Below, one piece after another: positions 11,056 to 21,300 of a stretch of 47,116 nucleotides of DNA. A program made the position numbers and the translations under genes. The DNA lies in contig JAUCBJ010000102.1 of the NCBI GenBank assembly GCA_032718475.1, forward strand, positions 1 through 47,116, given 5' to 3'. The notes below the pieces were generated by a model. That model had not been told where the DNA came from, did no database searches, and saw only the letters and a program-made list of their open reading frames with translations. This DNA comes from Nemertoderma westbladi. Lineage: Eukaryota; Animalia; Xenacoelomorpha. Within the stretch, counting starts at the first letter, position 1; every line of letters starts with the position of its first letter.

Positions 11056-11510
11056 ACCGCTCCCAGAAAATGGGATTTTAGTCTATAAAATATAAAAAAT
11101 CACAGTTTCTAAAATATAAAGATACTCTAAACAGTTAGTTTTTCTTGCGCGGACGGCGTTTACGCAGTTTCTTGAGACTAGCGAGAGTCCTTTTCTCTTT
11201 GGGGAGAGCCACTTTACTAGGAGAGCTATAACTCCTGGGTGAAGGGTGCAATACAATTGCATCAGAAGGTTTAGGGTTACGGTCAGTGTCTCGTCCATTT
11301 CGATCTGCTTCTCCTCGAGCTGATTTTCCTCCGCTTGTCGTTGGACACGCTCGTCCAAAACTCTCGCAGAGAATAGGGTAGTCTAAGCTCGATATCTTCT
11401 TAGAGATTCAAGATTCAAGATTCAAGATTTCCCAAGGTGTCCGCGTCCCAATCCGGCTAGGTAAGATGGGCGGCTAGCTAGAAATCACTGTCAGAGTGTT
11501 ACCGATTAAT

Positions 11511-12305
11511 TGTTAGGGTAGCACTAGATCTTTGAACAGTGAATACAGTCCGCGAGGATCCGCGACACCACCAGAATCGTAAGTCTGAGGTCCAACTAAA
11601 GAATGAGGAGGTCTGACCGAGTATTCCGGAACTCTGATCGTAGGTGTACTTAAGGATCGTCTGAGTCGAGCGAGCGTAGGTGATATGTCGAACAAGTTTC
11701 GCTCGAAACTCCCATAGATATATCGTGTAAAACGGTGTTTAGCGCAACGTTTCCGTGGATGTTTGTGTCTTTCCGTTTATTAGTTGGGTCTAGGGTATTT
11801 ATCGTAATAATACCAAAGACGCACGTCTGGTAGGGGAAACGCGGATGATATTTATTTGTTGTTACAATGCTTCTATCAAGAATTCGTGATTATGTGTAAT
11901 TACGTTATATGTACAGTACAGGCCACCAGAAAAAGCAGATTTCATCCAATGTGATCACATGTGAACACATTTGTTCAAGTCATCTGATTGGCAGGTTATG
12001 GCGAGTTATCTTCTAGATCACACAGCAGGAGGCTAACTTGCTGGGACCGACAAAGGCTTTGTGTGCGGTGCGCCTGTATGTCTGATATCAGGTAGATGAG
12101 AGAGCCCACAGGGCGTAACATTGCGGACATGGGCTGTATTGGTAGAGAGAGAACTACATACAAGACCACATGGAGGTTCATGGAGTGTATGGGTTTATGG
12201 ATGGAGGAGCCTAGACCATTGAATAATTAATTTAGTGGAGGGAGATGTCGCGCCATTAGTCTGACACCAAGAGGGCACAGAGAAACACCAGAAGATGCCT
12301 TAACA
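11511..12305 (-). repeat. Candidate 5' LTR of BEL/Pao element 1
   Basis: On minus it starts TGTTAAGG (12305) and ends CCCTAACA (11511), an imperfect terminal inverted repeat. Contains CCAATCAG (~11990) and AATAAA (11851-11856). No canonical tRNA PBS found and the second LTR is outside the window. Confidence 0.45.
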
Positions 12306-12503
12306 TCACTAACTATAGGCTTGCCTACGAGACACTATTAACCGCACACTATAAAGGTAAACAAAATCCTTATCGCATTTCCAGCTGCAGTGAGTGACAG
12401 TTCGCGGCAAACTACTGAGAGTTTCCAGATTACTAAGCGGTTCAAAAGTATTCAATTGTATCCTTTGGCGAAAAATTTTTGGTTGTTGCCAATTCAATTA
12501 TGT

Positions 12504-15204
12504 TCAATTATGTTCAATTGTCCCGTTCAACAACATTACATTACACTGGTACACATTTGATAAAATGTGTTCACAATTGTACAAATCTGCGTTTTCTGGT
12601 GGCCTGTACTGTAATTTTGAAGAGTCGAACATTGTCCCCCCTTCTTCATCTGCTCCAAAACTACTTGATTTCGACCATCCAACAACATTCAATTGTCCAT
12701 TATATTGTTGGATTTGGTGAGTCACATGTTGCCGCACTTGGCGATTTGTTAATGTCTGAGTTTTTGACTAAATAAAAAAAAGAATTAAAAATAATTTATC
12801 ACGTAAGGAAAAACATAATATGAACCGTTTCCGTAACAACCCTTAAAAATGTGGCAATTTGCCGCAATATTAATTCTTAATAATTTACAACCATACTCTT
12901 GAAGGTGGCAATATGCCGAATTTATATTATTGTAACTTTAACCACTGGACAACAGACCTCCGCCCTTACATACACTATCTTCACCTAACTGCTCCCAGGA
13001 GCAGTCTATATTTAAACCCTGTTATAACATGCACTAGAAAAGTTAATATAAAGGAAAAGAAAACAGAGAATTTTGAAAATTTTATTTTATCATGTGAGGT
13101 AAAAAAAAATTAAATGTAAGTCTCGGCCTGGCAGGGCCTTGGATACTAAAAACTATTCCATGTACATTTCTGCAGTGTGCATTTCATTGAAAGAAAGATA
13201 TTTAATAATTTAATTCTCTTCTTTATATTAAAATAACAAGAAAAATAAACTACAGTGCGTCCAATAAAATATTTTTTTCTTGGACCTACGAAATAAAAAA
13301 TTATTTTATTTATCTATGTTTATGTTAAATTACATTGTATCATATTTTATTTAAGGTTTTAAATTATGTAATAAAATTAAATATTATAATTAACAAACGT
13401 TCATTGCTCCCTGTCCCAAGAAAAGCGAGCTAAATCTACTGTAGTGAAAAACACCCTGTCGGATTGCTTTTCCCTCGGTATTGACTGGAACGTTTTCTAG
13501 AACAACATCGGTTTGGATTACCCAACGAATGTCCTTAGTGATTTGGGAGGAAAAACACGGGCAACGGTTGTAATATCCATAGAGCCCGTCGCATATACAA
13601 CCCCACGATGAGTTGATTTAATTGTTGTCTAAAATTTAAATTAATTAATTATTAGGGAAGGTACTGAAAGACAAACACGACCGAACACATTCGATCACCG
13701 TCAAACACATCAGAAGAACCTCATAAAACACTCAAGTCAAAAACACAATGACAACAAAAAAATAACACAGAGTACCTATGTTTACATAAAATTAGTCAAT
13801 CGTTACATTTCTATAAGTAATTATAGAATTAAATTGTCGCGATATTAAATATTCATTTCTTATCAGATCAGACCTGGCATAAATTTAAAACTAATAATTA
13901 AACGTAGTAGTTGGCCTGCGTTAAAGATGGTTAACACATGGCCAGAGATCCCTAATGTCATATGCCATAAAAGGTTCCTAACAGAGAACCAGCTCTTTCT
14001 ATTCCACTGTTTTCGCTTGTGTTCTGTAAAAAGATCTATCACAGGTAGGGGGAGGCGAAACTAGCCCTGTTTCAAATTCCATGCAAATTCATCAACATTT
14101 GTAGAAAAATGTGTGGGAAGGATCCATATTACGAATCATCAATTTTTTAGAAAATCATGACTCGCAATTTACCGGTCTCGGTTTTACTTTACTACAATTT
14201 ACTCGGTTTTGTCCCAGTCGCAAATTTCGGAGTCACAATTGTCCTGGTCTCAATTGTCCTAACATCTGTCAGATCATGTCTCTGATCATCTCAATGTGTC
14301 AAGTACATTGACATACATGTCAAGGAACATAATACTTAAAAAATACTGGCCCTGAAGATACAGATGATCTATAAAATCGAATATGTGATAGGAAGTTGTG
14401 TCGCCACTATTTTATCGAAAAGCCAGCAGCGCCTTCACAATGAAATATTTAAAATTAGAAAATATTTATTTCAATACGCAGACGGTTTTATTTTTCATTG
14501 TGAGTAGAATCGAACAATAAATTAGCTAAGTTTGCACACATCAATTAATTTAACTTCTGCCCAGCTACTTTAACACTTTCATTAAGTTTTCCATAAGCTT
14601 TTTTTATTTTACATTGGTTTTCCTCCTTCAGATCTATCCTTTTTAACCTCAATCGACTGCTGTGTAAGTAATATGAACTATCTTATGAAAAGTGGTGTAA
14701 TTTTTCATATGTCATTATTAATTACATTTTTAATTTTGTGTTTAATTTTTAATTACCAAATTTTATCTGGAGATTTAAAATAACCTATTGCCTAAATCAT
14801 TATTAAAACTTTTTTTAGCTTTGAATCCGTCGCATAGTTATGTAATATATATTTTCTAAAAAAATACATTAGTAACCATTAATTTATACAGCAAGACTTA
14901 AAGTGTAAGAAAACTGTCTAAACTTACTCCTTGAAGTTGCAAGTCGTTCATTACAATGGAAAAGGGCTCCATTGTATCCGTTATGGTTTTCATCTGGATT
15001 TGTTTCCGTGGTACACTCAATACATAAATTTTTATTGGCGACTCTTCTACAACGACAATGGGAGTCCCCCCAAACAACTCTCTGCGGTGTGCTGGTTCTA
15101 TAAGGCGAACCAAATCGCCTACCCCCACACTCTTATTGAAGAAAGAAAGAGTCTCTTTGTGTCCTTTGTTAAATACACAGAACAAGTAGCCTGTGACAAT
15201 GTCT
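12504..15204 (-). pseudogene. Spliced gene remnant of unknown family; exons ~15204-14928, 13628-13399, 12767-12504
   Basis: AG acceptors with pyrimidine tracts and GT donors with compatible phases. Peptides DIVTGYLFCVF..VGVGDLVRLIEP, GCICDGLYGYYNRCPC..FHYSRFSSLF, RQHVTHQIQQYNGQLNVVGWSK. One frameshift near 13605. Confidence 0.55.
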
Positions 15205-15344
15205 CTGCAATAAATATAATATTTATAATAACACACAAATAGTATTCAAATATAAATAAAATAATTCCCTGATAATGGACATAATGCAATACAGAAAAAG
15301 AAAATCATGAAACATCACCACACGTCTAATATAAAACCAAATCA

Positions 15345-15550
15345 GAACATTATGTTCAAAGCCACGTATTTTGTTTCTACGTAATTGTGTTCTAACAGAA
15401 CATTATGTTCAAAGCCACGTAATTATGTTCTAACATAACATTATGTTGAAATCAACATAATTGTGTTCTAACTGAACATTACGTTCAAAGCCATGTCATT
15501 GTGTTCTACTGAACATTATGTTGAAAGCCAAGTAATTGTTTTCGAACAGT
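15345..15550. repeat. Degenerate ~38-bp tandem repeat
   Basis: aacattatgttcaaagccacgtaattgtgttcta repeated about 5 times. Confidence 0.75.
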
Positions 15551-15649
15551 AGTTTATATTTAAATCAACGTAATTGTGTTATAAGTAGTATATATTTATA
15601 TGACACTGTATCAAGGTCACCCATAGCCCATCATTACCATCCATTTCTA

Positions 15650-15820
15650 CTTCTTCCTCCAATCAGAAGCCACCATTTAACCATTAGCAGTGGTCGTTAT
15701 TATTTCAACCAATCAGATGTCAGCATTTTAACCGTAACCATGGCAACTTCTCAAGTTCCCGCATCTTCCGCTAGAGGTGTTATTAGTCACCCAACGCTAC
15801 TCCTTCCTCCAATCATAAGC
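15650..15820 (+). promoter_or_regulatory. Cluster of CCAAT boxes
   Basis: cctccaatcag (15656), aaccaatcag (~15707) and cctccaatcat (~15806), upstream of the Polinton-like ORFs. Confidence 0.45.
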
Positions 15821-15854
15821 CTTTATCTTACAGGTGTTCGGGTGTCTACACTTA

Positions 15855-16165
15855 GCATCAGGTAACTTCTACTATTTTTCAAATCGCTATTTTTCAGCAA
15901 CCAGTATTTCCATATTTACCAACCTTTATTTTACAGGCGCTAGGGGTGTCTACAGGTAACGTCTACTATTTTTTCAAATCGCTATTTTTCAGCAACCAGT
16001 ATTTCCATATTTACCAACCTTTATTTTACAGACGCTAGGGATGTCTACAGGTAACGTCTACTATTTTTTCAAATCGCTATTTTTCAACAACCAGTATTTT
16101 CATATTCACCAACCTTTATTTTACAGCCACTAGGGGTGTCTACAGGTAACTTCTACTATTTTTCA
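15855..16165. repeat. ~95-bp tandem repeat (3+ copies)
   Basis: caggtaac at ~15859, 15953, 16048 and 16143, with near-identical intervening sequence. Confidence 0.9.
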
Positions 16166-16202
16166 CCAGTAACTAAATTTAATTTTGCAATTTTTCAGAT
16201 AA

Positions 16203-16290
16203 CAAAATATTCAACCGGGTTCGAACTCGGGACCGTTATAACTCCCCACATTTCTTCACTCACTCTCCCATCCAACCACGAGAGAAAAAG
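16203..16290 (-). ncRNA. Possible tRNA-like Pol III unit (A box, B box, T4 terminator)
   Basis: Minus strand: TGGTTGGATGG (16278-16268), GAGTTCGAACCC (16228-16217), then TTTT. No full cloverleaf. Confidence 0.35.
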
Positions 16291-16536
16291 GCGATAAATA
16301 TCCGAGTTATACTGTAGCCTGACCTATTTTGCTTCATTTACTGTTATTATTTACTTTCTATTGGTTACATGACATACATATTGACACGTGTTCTTAGTTG
16401 ATTGGTTGTATATATATATATATAAAATGATCTGTATAAATATATGAATAGAATAAAAAAATATCATTAATATTTATTTATCTGTCTTGTCGCTGTTATT
16501 TAATTGTTATTATATAAAATAATAATAATAATAATA

Positions 16537-16962
16537 ATGTCTTCTGATACACCTGCGTCTGTAATAAGACATACATTTAATACTGTAGATAATCTTACTT
16601 GTATTGTTATTGGTAACACTATTTATTGTCCTTCACAACCTAATTTTAAAATAGATATTTCTGAACAAGCAAGAAAAGAACTACGATCTATTGATATTTT
16701 TGGTGAGGTAGATTCTACTAATTACCTTTTAGATTACAAAGAAGAAGATGATTTAGATAAATTCACAATTTTATCAATGTCAGATAACTTTATTGTTATT
16801 ACTCAATATAGTGGTAATATAGCGAGCAATAAATGTGAAAAGTTTGAGATCAAATTAGATCGTAAAAATGCTTATGAAATTATGGCTTTGTTTATTGTTA
16901 TTATTTCGAAAGAAACCCTTGTAACCACTGATGAAACCGATGACAATGAAGATGATTCTTGA
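16537..16962 (+). CDS. Hypothetical protein (~141 aa, acidic tail) of the Polinton-like element
   Basis: First in-frame ATG at 16537 after a TATA-rich stretch. Open frame in AT-rich DNA, co-oriented with the downstream viral genes. Confidence 0.65.
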   Translation: MSSDTPASVIRHTFNTVDNLTCIVIGNTIYCPSQPNFKIDISEQARKELRSIDIFGEVDSTNYLLDYKEEDDLDKFTILSMSDNFIVITQYSGNIASNKCEKFEIKLDRKNAYEIMALFIVIISKETLVTTDETDDNEDDS

Positions 16963-17029
16963 CTCTTTCAGCTATATTATAAATATTTTATCAACATTTT
17001 AACGATTTTGGTTTGGTTATTTAAGAAAA

Positions 17030-17731
17030 ATGGATATATTAATAAACACAAATTGTAGTATTTGTTATTCTAATTTAAAACATCTTGATTGTTACATATG
17101 TGTTAATAAGCATGGAACTTGCGTGACATGTATTGATCAATATGTTGAAATTAATGATTGTACTAAAATTTGTCCAATTTGTAGAGTACAGACACTTTGC
17201 AGAGTAAACAAGTTATATAATCCATATTATTGGAAAGAGCTGTGGAATTCTATCTACATTTCAGGAAAAAGTAACGAACCTAACGAGTTATTTACAATAT
17301 CACAGAATATTTTTTATCGATATATAGTGAAAAAAGGCGGCTTTATGGTACCTTGGTTGTTTGATGAAGAACATAAAAATATCACAGTAAAATTAAATAA
17401 GAATTTGCGTAGTTTTGATATTTACTTTAAGACATATAAAGATGAATCATCTTCAAGAGGTATAAAACCAAAAAAGTATTATTTGAAACTTGATGAAGGT
17501 ATTCTTTGCAATGATTTGTGTATGAGAGTAATTCACACTTTGACGGAACATACTCTAAGTCATATTTCCAGTACTAAATGCTACGGGCGTGGTATAGAAC
17601 GTAAATTTCAAACTAAGAAGTATAACGAATTTATACGATGTCACCGCTATCTCACTTGGTGTGGACATTATTTAAATCGAAAACAATGTCTGTTGATTGC
17701 AGGTATACGATTACACAATCTTTTCAAATAA
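17030..17731 (+). CDS. RING-finger (C3HC4) protein, 233 aa
   Basis: CSIC-x11-C-x3-H-x2-CVTC-x14-CPIC R at the N-terminus. Confidence 0.8.
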   Translation: MDILINTNCSICYSNLKHLDCYICVNKHGTCVTCIDQYVEINDCTKICPICRVQTLCRVNKLYNPYYWKELWNSIYISGKSNEPNELFTISQNIFYRYIVKKGGFMVPWLFDEEHKNITVKLNKNLRSFDIYFKTYKDESSSRGIKPKKYYLKLDEGILCNDLCMRVIHTLTEHTLSHISSTKCYGRGIERKFQTKKYNEFIRCHRYLTWCGHYLNRKQCLLIAGIRLHNLFK

Positions 17732-17921
17732 GGTAATAAGTAGAACGAAAGATTGCCATGATAAATATACTAATACTACAGTTGTACATACTTTTTGTTG
17801 TAAAATGCTGTATTTTTGTGAATTGTTACATATATACATAGTAATGGTGATGATGGTTCTTTATATTATATTATATTATATTATATTATATTATATTGTT
17901 GATATATCTTAATAATAATAA

Positions 17922-18600
17922 ATGGCTGACTTTAATTCAGGTCCTTATAATTTAAACTTTCAAATGGGAATGAGTATGATAATTTCTGGCCCGTCTGGTT
18001 CCGAAAGTCTACATTTGTTGGCAATTTAATTAAACACAAGAATGGTTGTTTCAGCGAACCCCCCTTGCGAGTATTGTATTGTTACGGGAGCAATCCCCCA
18101 ACTATTCCTGGTATTACTCACCTTTACAAAGGTTTGCCTGAAAATATAGATAGTTTAGTGAATAGTCGAGATTTATTAATTATAGATTATTTATTAACAG
18201 AAACTGAGTCTAGTACAGCTTTAACTGTATTGTTTACTAAGGTTGCTCATCATTCCAATATATTTATTTGTTTCATAATGCAAAACATGTTTTACGGTGG
18301 GAAGCATAACCGCACAAGATCAATTAATAGCCATACCTTAGTATTAATGAAAAATCCGCGAGACAGTTTATCAGTTTTAAATTTCGCGAAGCAGATGTTA
18401 CCAGGGCAGACCAAATTTTTAGTAGATTCCTATCAAGATGCGACTATTGAACCATTTTCGCATTTCTTAATTGATTTCGACAGGAAACACCCGAACATCT
18501 AAGATTTAGATCAGATATATTTCGTAATCATAATTGTTACATTAAAAATTACATTGACTATAAACGTAGCGAAAATAATAATAATAAGAATAATAATTAA
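17922..18600 (+). pseudogene. A32/FtsK-like DNA packaging ATPase, frameshifted
   Basis: MADFN...IISGPSGS/KST Walker A broken by a 1-nt loss at ~18003. Walker B reads LLIIDYL (D to Y). Also FTKVAHH, MQNMF, RSINSH, KNPRD. A second frameshift at ~18480 precedes LRFRSDIF. Confidence 0.88.
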
Positions 18601-18633
18601 TATTTTGTAACAATTTTCAATAATGTTGCAACA

Positions 18634-19017
18634 ATGAATAGACTTGTGCAGAAATATCGTAACGAATTGGAATTTCTACGTAGCGCTACCCCTCAACAAA
18701 GAACTTATTTTATTAACCATACCGCGAGTAACGAATTAATACGGCTCATTGTAAATACCGCATTAAATGTTCTAAAAGGTAACGTACAATTGACCCCTCA
18801 TTCATTTAGAAATATTCGCCGTTATAAAAAGGTATTAAAATCACTCAACCGCAAAACAAAAAATATATCAAGTTATAGAAAAAAGTTAAGCAATCAATCT
18901 GGAGGCATACTACCGTTTCTAATACCCTTACTCGGCATTGGTGCGAAACTCGCCGCGAGTGCTGGTGCCGCCGCCGCTGGAGCGGCTATTGTGAAAAAAA
19001 TTAACCGTGGATGGTAA
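18634..19017 (+). CDS. Basic protein with adenovirus pX-like C-terminus (adintovirus X-type protein)
   Basis: ALNVLKGNVQLT core, Lys/Arg-rich middle, then QSGG-ILPFLIPLLG, resembling adenovirus pX MRGG-ILPLLIPLI. Confidence 0.8.
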   Translation: MNRLVQKYRNELEFLRSATPQQRTYFINHTASNELIRLIVNTALNVLKGNVQLTPHSFRNIRRYKKVLKSLNRKTKNISSYRKKLSNQSGGILPFLIPLLGIGAKLAASAGAAAAGAAIVKKINRGW

Positions 19018-19019
19018 TA

Positions 19020-19187
19020 ATGGTTAAAACGGGAGTAACATTTAGAAAATTATATTTAGTATCGAGTAAACCGTTAGCTACTGATTTAAAACCTCAAGAT
19101 ATACCTAGAGTAAATACTACAAAAAGAAAACCCTTCAAAACATCAACTTCAAAGAAAATAAAAAAATTTCAGCTGTTTTTACGGTGA
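19020..19187 (+). pseudogene. Short ORF/remnant between the pX-like gene and the integrase
   Basis: ATG 2 nt after the previous stop, MVKTGVTFRKLYLVSS..., 55 aa. Confidence 0.35.
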
Positions 19188-19238
19188 TGCCCTTTATAAG
19201 AGATTTGAATATACATATTACTTGCGGTTGTCGAAAAG

Positions 19239-20333
19239 ATGCCACGCAAGATGAGACCGATTTTAAGCCAAAGCTTAGACAAAAAACTGTTAAGAATTTA
19301 TTTAGATCCTTCATCCCCTGCGGGTTTTGCAAGTATCGCAAAATTAGCAAAAGCTGCAAACATCAAACCAACTCAAGCCCAGAAATGGTTGAGCGGGCAA
19401 AAGACATACTCCCTTCACGCACCACGTAGACATCATTATCCAACATCTAAAATATTTACGGGAGGGTTAAAAGATATATATATGATAGATCTGGTGGATC
19501 TGGATATGCAGCAATATAAATCACAAAATAATAATTATAACTATATATTAACATGTATTGATGCCTTTAGCCGGCTTGCTTTTGCCTATGGTATGAAGAC
19601 AAAAACAGGTATTGAAATTATTAGTATATTGCAAAAAATATTCCAGAAGGGTAAACCAAACAGAATCGCGACTGATCAAGGTTCTGAGTTTCTAAATAAA
19701 TCTTTAAGGAAATATTTAGATACTATTGGTGTACAGTATTACGTAATGTACTCTGTGAATAAGGCGGCTATTGTCGAGAGATTCAATAGAACATTAAAAA
19801 CAAAGATGTTCAAAATTTTCACGCAACGGGGAAGTAATGTTTGGATAAAAATTTTACCGAAGCTTATCTTTGCTTATAATAGGTCATTTCATAGGACTAT
19901 ACAAATGACGCCCATTGAAGTTAATAAATTTAATGAAACTGAATTAATTAATAGATTATATGGGAAATATAGACAGATTAATCACAAGAAAATAAAATTT
20001 AAAGTTGGAGATACAGTACGATTATCTATCGCGCGTACTGCTTTTGCTAAAGGCTATCGAGAACAATGGACACGTGAATTATTTATTATTCATCGGGTCA
20101 GATTGCATAGAGTACCAGCGGTAATGTTCGATATTAAGGACAGCGCTGGTGCTATAATAAATGGTTCATTTTATTCTTACGAACTCCAAAAGGTCCACCC
20201 GAATAGTAATATTTATCTTCCGATTGACAAAAATATTGGCAAACTTAAAGAACGTGTACGCAATAGGAAAAAAGAATATTTAGTCCGATTCATTGGATCC
20301 AAAAAACAGTCGTGGGTACAGCATATTCAATAA
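19239..20333 (+). CDS. Polinton-type retroviral-like (rve) integrase with chromodomain-like C-terminus
   Basis: YLDPSSPAGF N-terminus. DDE motifs MIDLVD, TDQGSEF, VERFNRTLK. FKVGDTVR, FAKGY..QWT.E, and KEYLVRFIG..SWV tail. Confidence 0.93.
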   Translation: MPRKMRPILSQSLDKKLLRIYLDPSSPAGFASIAKLAKAANIKPTQAQKWLSGQKTYSLHAPRRHHYPTSKIFTGGLKDIYMIDLVDLDMQQYKSQNNNYNYILTCIDAFSRLAFAYGMKTKTGIEIISILQKIFQKGKPNRIATDQGSEFLNKSLRKYLDTIGVQYYVMYSVNKAAIVERFNRTLKTKMFKIFTQRGSNVWIKILPKLIFAYNRSFHRTIQMTPIEVNKFNETELINRLYGKYRQINHKKIKFKVGDTVRLSIARTAFAKGYREQWTRELFIIHRVRLHRVPAVMFDIKDSAGAIINGSFYSYELQKVHPNSNIYLPIDKNIGKLKERVRNRKKEYLVRFIGSKKQSWVQHIQ

Positions 20334-20397
20334 GTTTAGGTTTATACTGTATATTAATTCATTTTGGTCACATATGACCGTAATTAATCAATATTAA

Positions 20398-21300
20398 CCC
20401 TATTAGTACCGGGCTATAAAATGTTGTACAAATACCGGGGGGCGGGGGGGGGGGGGGGGGGGGGGGGGGTCATATTGACCCTCCCCCCCCCCCCCCCCCC
20501 CCCCCCCTCTAAAATCTACAAATATTTACGAAAACGTCTGATTTTTTGTTTGTACGTAGGTATCACTAGTCCGGATCCGACCGAAAAAAAAAATTTTCGA
20601 AAAAATGTACTGGGGTAGTTATATTGCAGCACCAAAATTACAAGTAGTGCACAATTTTCACAAAATTTGAAAGTTACATTTTCGGCTAATTATTTTTCAA
20701 TACAGGGTTTCTGGGGTGCAAAATACATTGGAAAATATTTAAAAATGATATGATTACTATAAATGGCTGTTTAGTCCTCTCTGCGTAGGAAAAAAATGAA
20801 AAAAACAAGTAACCAGCACTTTTCAGTTAGAACACAAAATTTTTAATTCACTTATACGATGCTATAAATACACATTTTCAGGTTTTCGAGGGCGCTGATT
20901 CTAATGGAATATATTTCTAATATGCCAGATCATTGCTACTTGTATTTTTCGGCGTAATTTGGCAAATTTTGGTGCTAGCACCAAATTTCGTACCCATCAC
21001 CAAAAAGTACAAGTTTGCGATGTCCAGTGCTGTTTTTATGGATTCCATCGGATTCAGGACCCTCATAAACCCGTATAACGCAAGAAACAAGGTGGTACTA
21101 TCTACTGATCAATTTGCATATTTTCCAAAATTTGGTGCTGGCACAACAATTTTCACCCACTGGCGAAAAATACAAGTTTGAGAACTCTTATGAAATTTTT
21201 ACTGATTCCATTGAATTCAGAACCATCACAAACCCGTATAACGCAAGAAACAAGGTGACACAATCAATCGATATATTTGATGGTTTTCAAAATTTGGTGC
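20398..21300. mobile_element. One end of a TTAA-flanked non-autonomous DNA transposon (piggyBac-like terminus)
   Basis: TTAA (20394-20397) followed by CCCTATTAGTACCGGG, a polyG/polyC hairpin, and internal ~163-bp repeats at 20963-21300. The other end was not found. Confidence 0.5.

Larger units (their letters stand above)
1..12305 (-). mobile_element. BEL/Pao element 1 (5' LTR candidate, long leader and gag)
   Basis: The gag-protease ORF is firm. The upstream extent is inferred from the LTR-like segment ending at 12305. Confidence 0.6.
15580..20393 (+). mobile_element. Truncated Polinton/Maverick (adintovirus-like) endogenous element
   Basis: Tightly packed, intronless, AT-rich ORFs in the order ATPase, pX-like, short ORF, rve integrase. 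No pPolB, capsid or protease genes in the window. Left boundary uncertain. Confidence 0.85.

Noticed and set aside
12258-12270. TGGTGTCAGA (minus) as a tRNA-Leu PBS
   Set aside because: Only ~10 nt match and it lies 35 nt inside the start of the candidate LTR rather than after its end.
16203-16290. Functional tRNA gene
   Set aside because: Only box motifs are present; no acceptor or anticodon stems could be formed.
20421-20618. Gly/Pro-rich 65-aa ORF
   Set aside because: Produced by the polyG/polyC hairpin.
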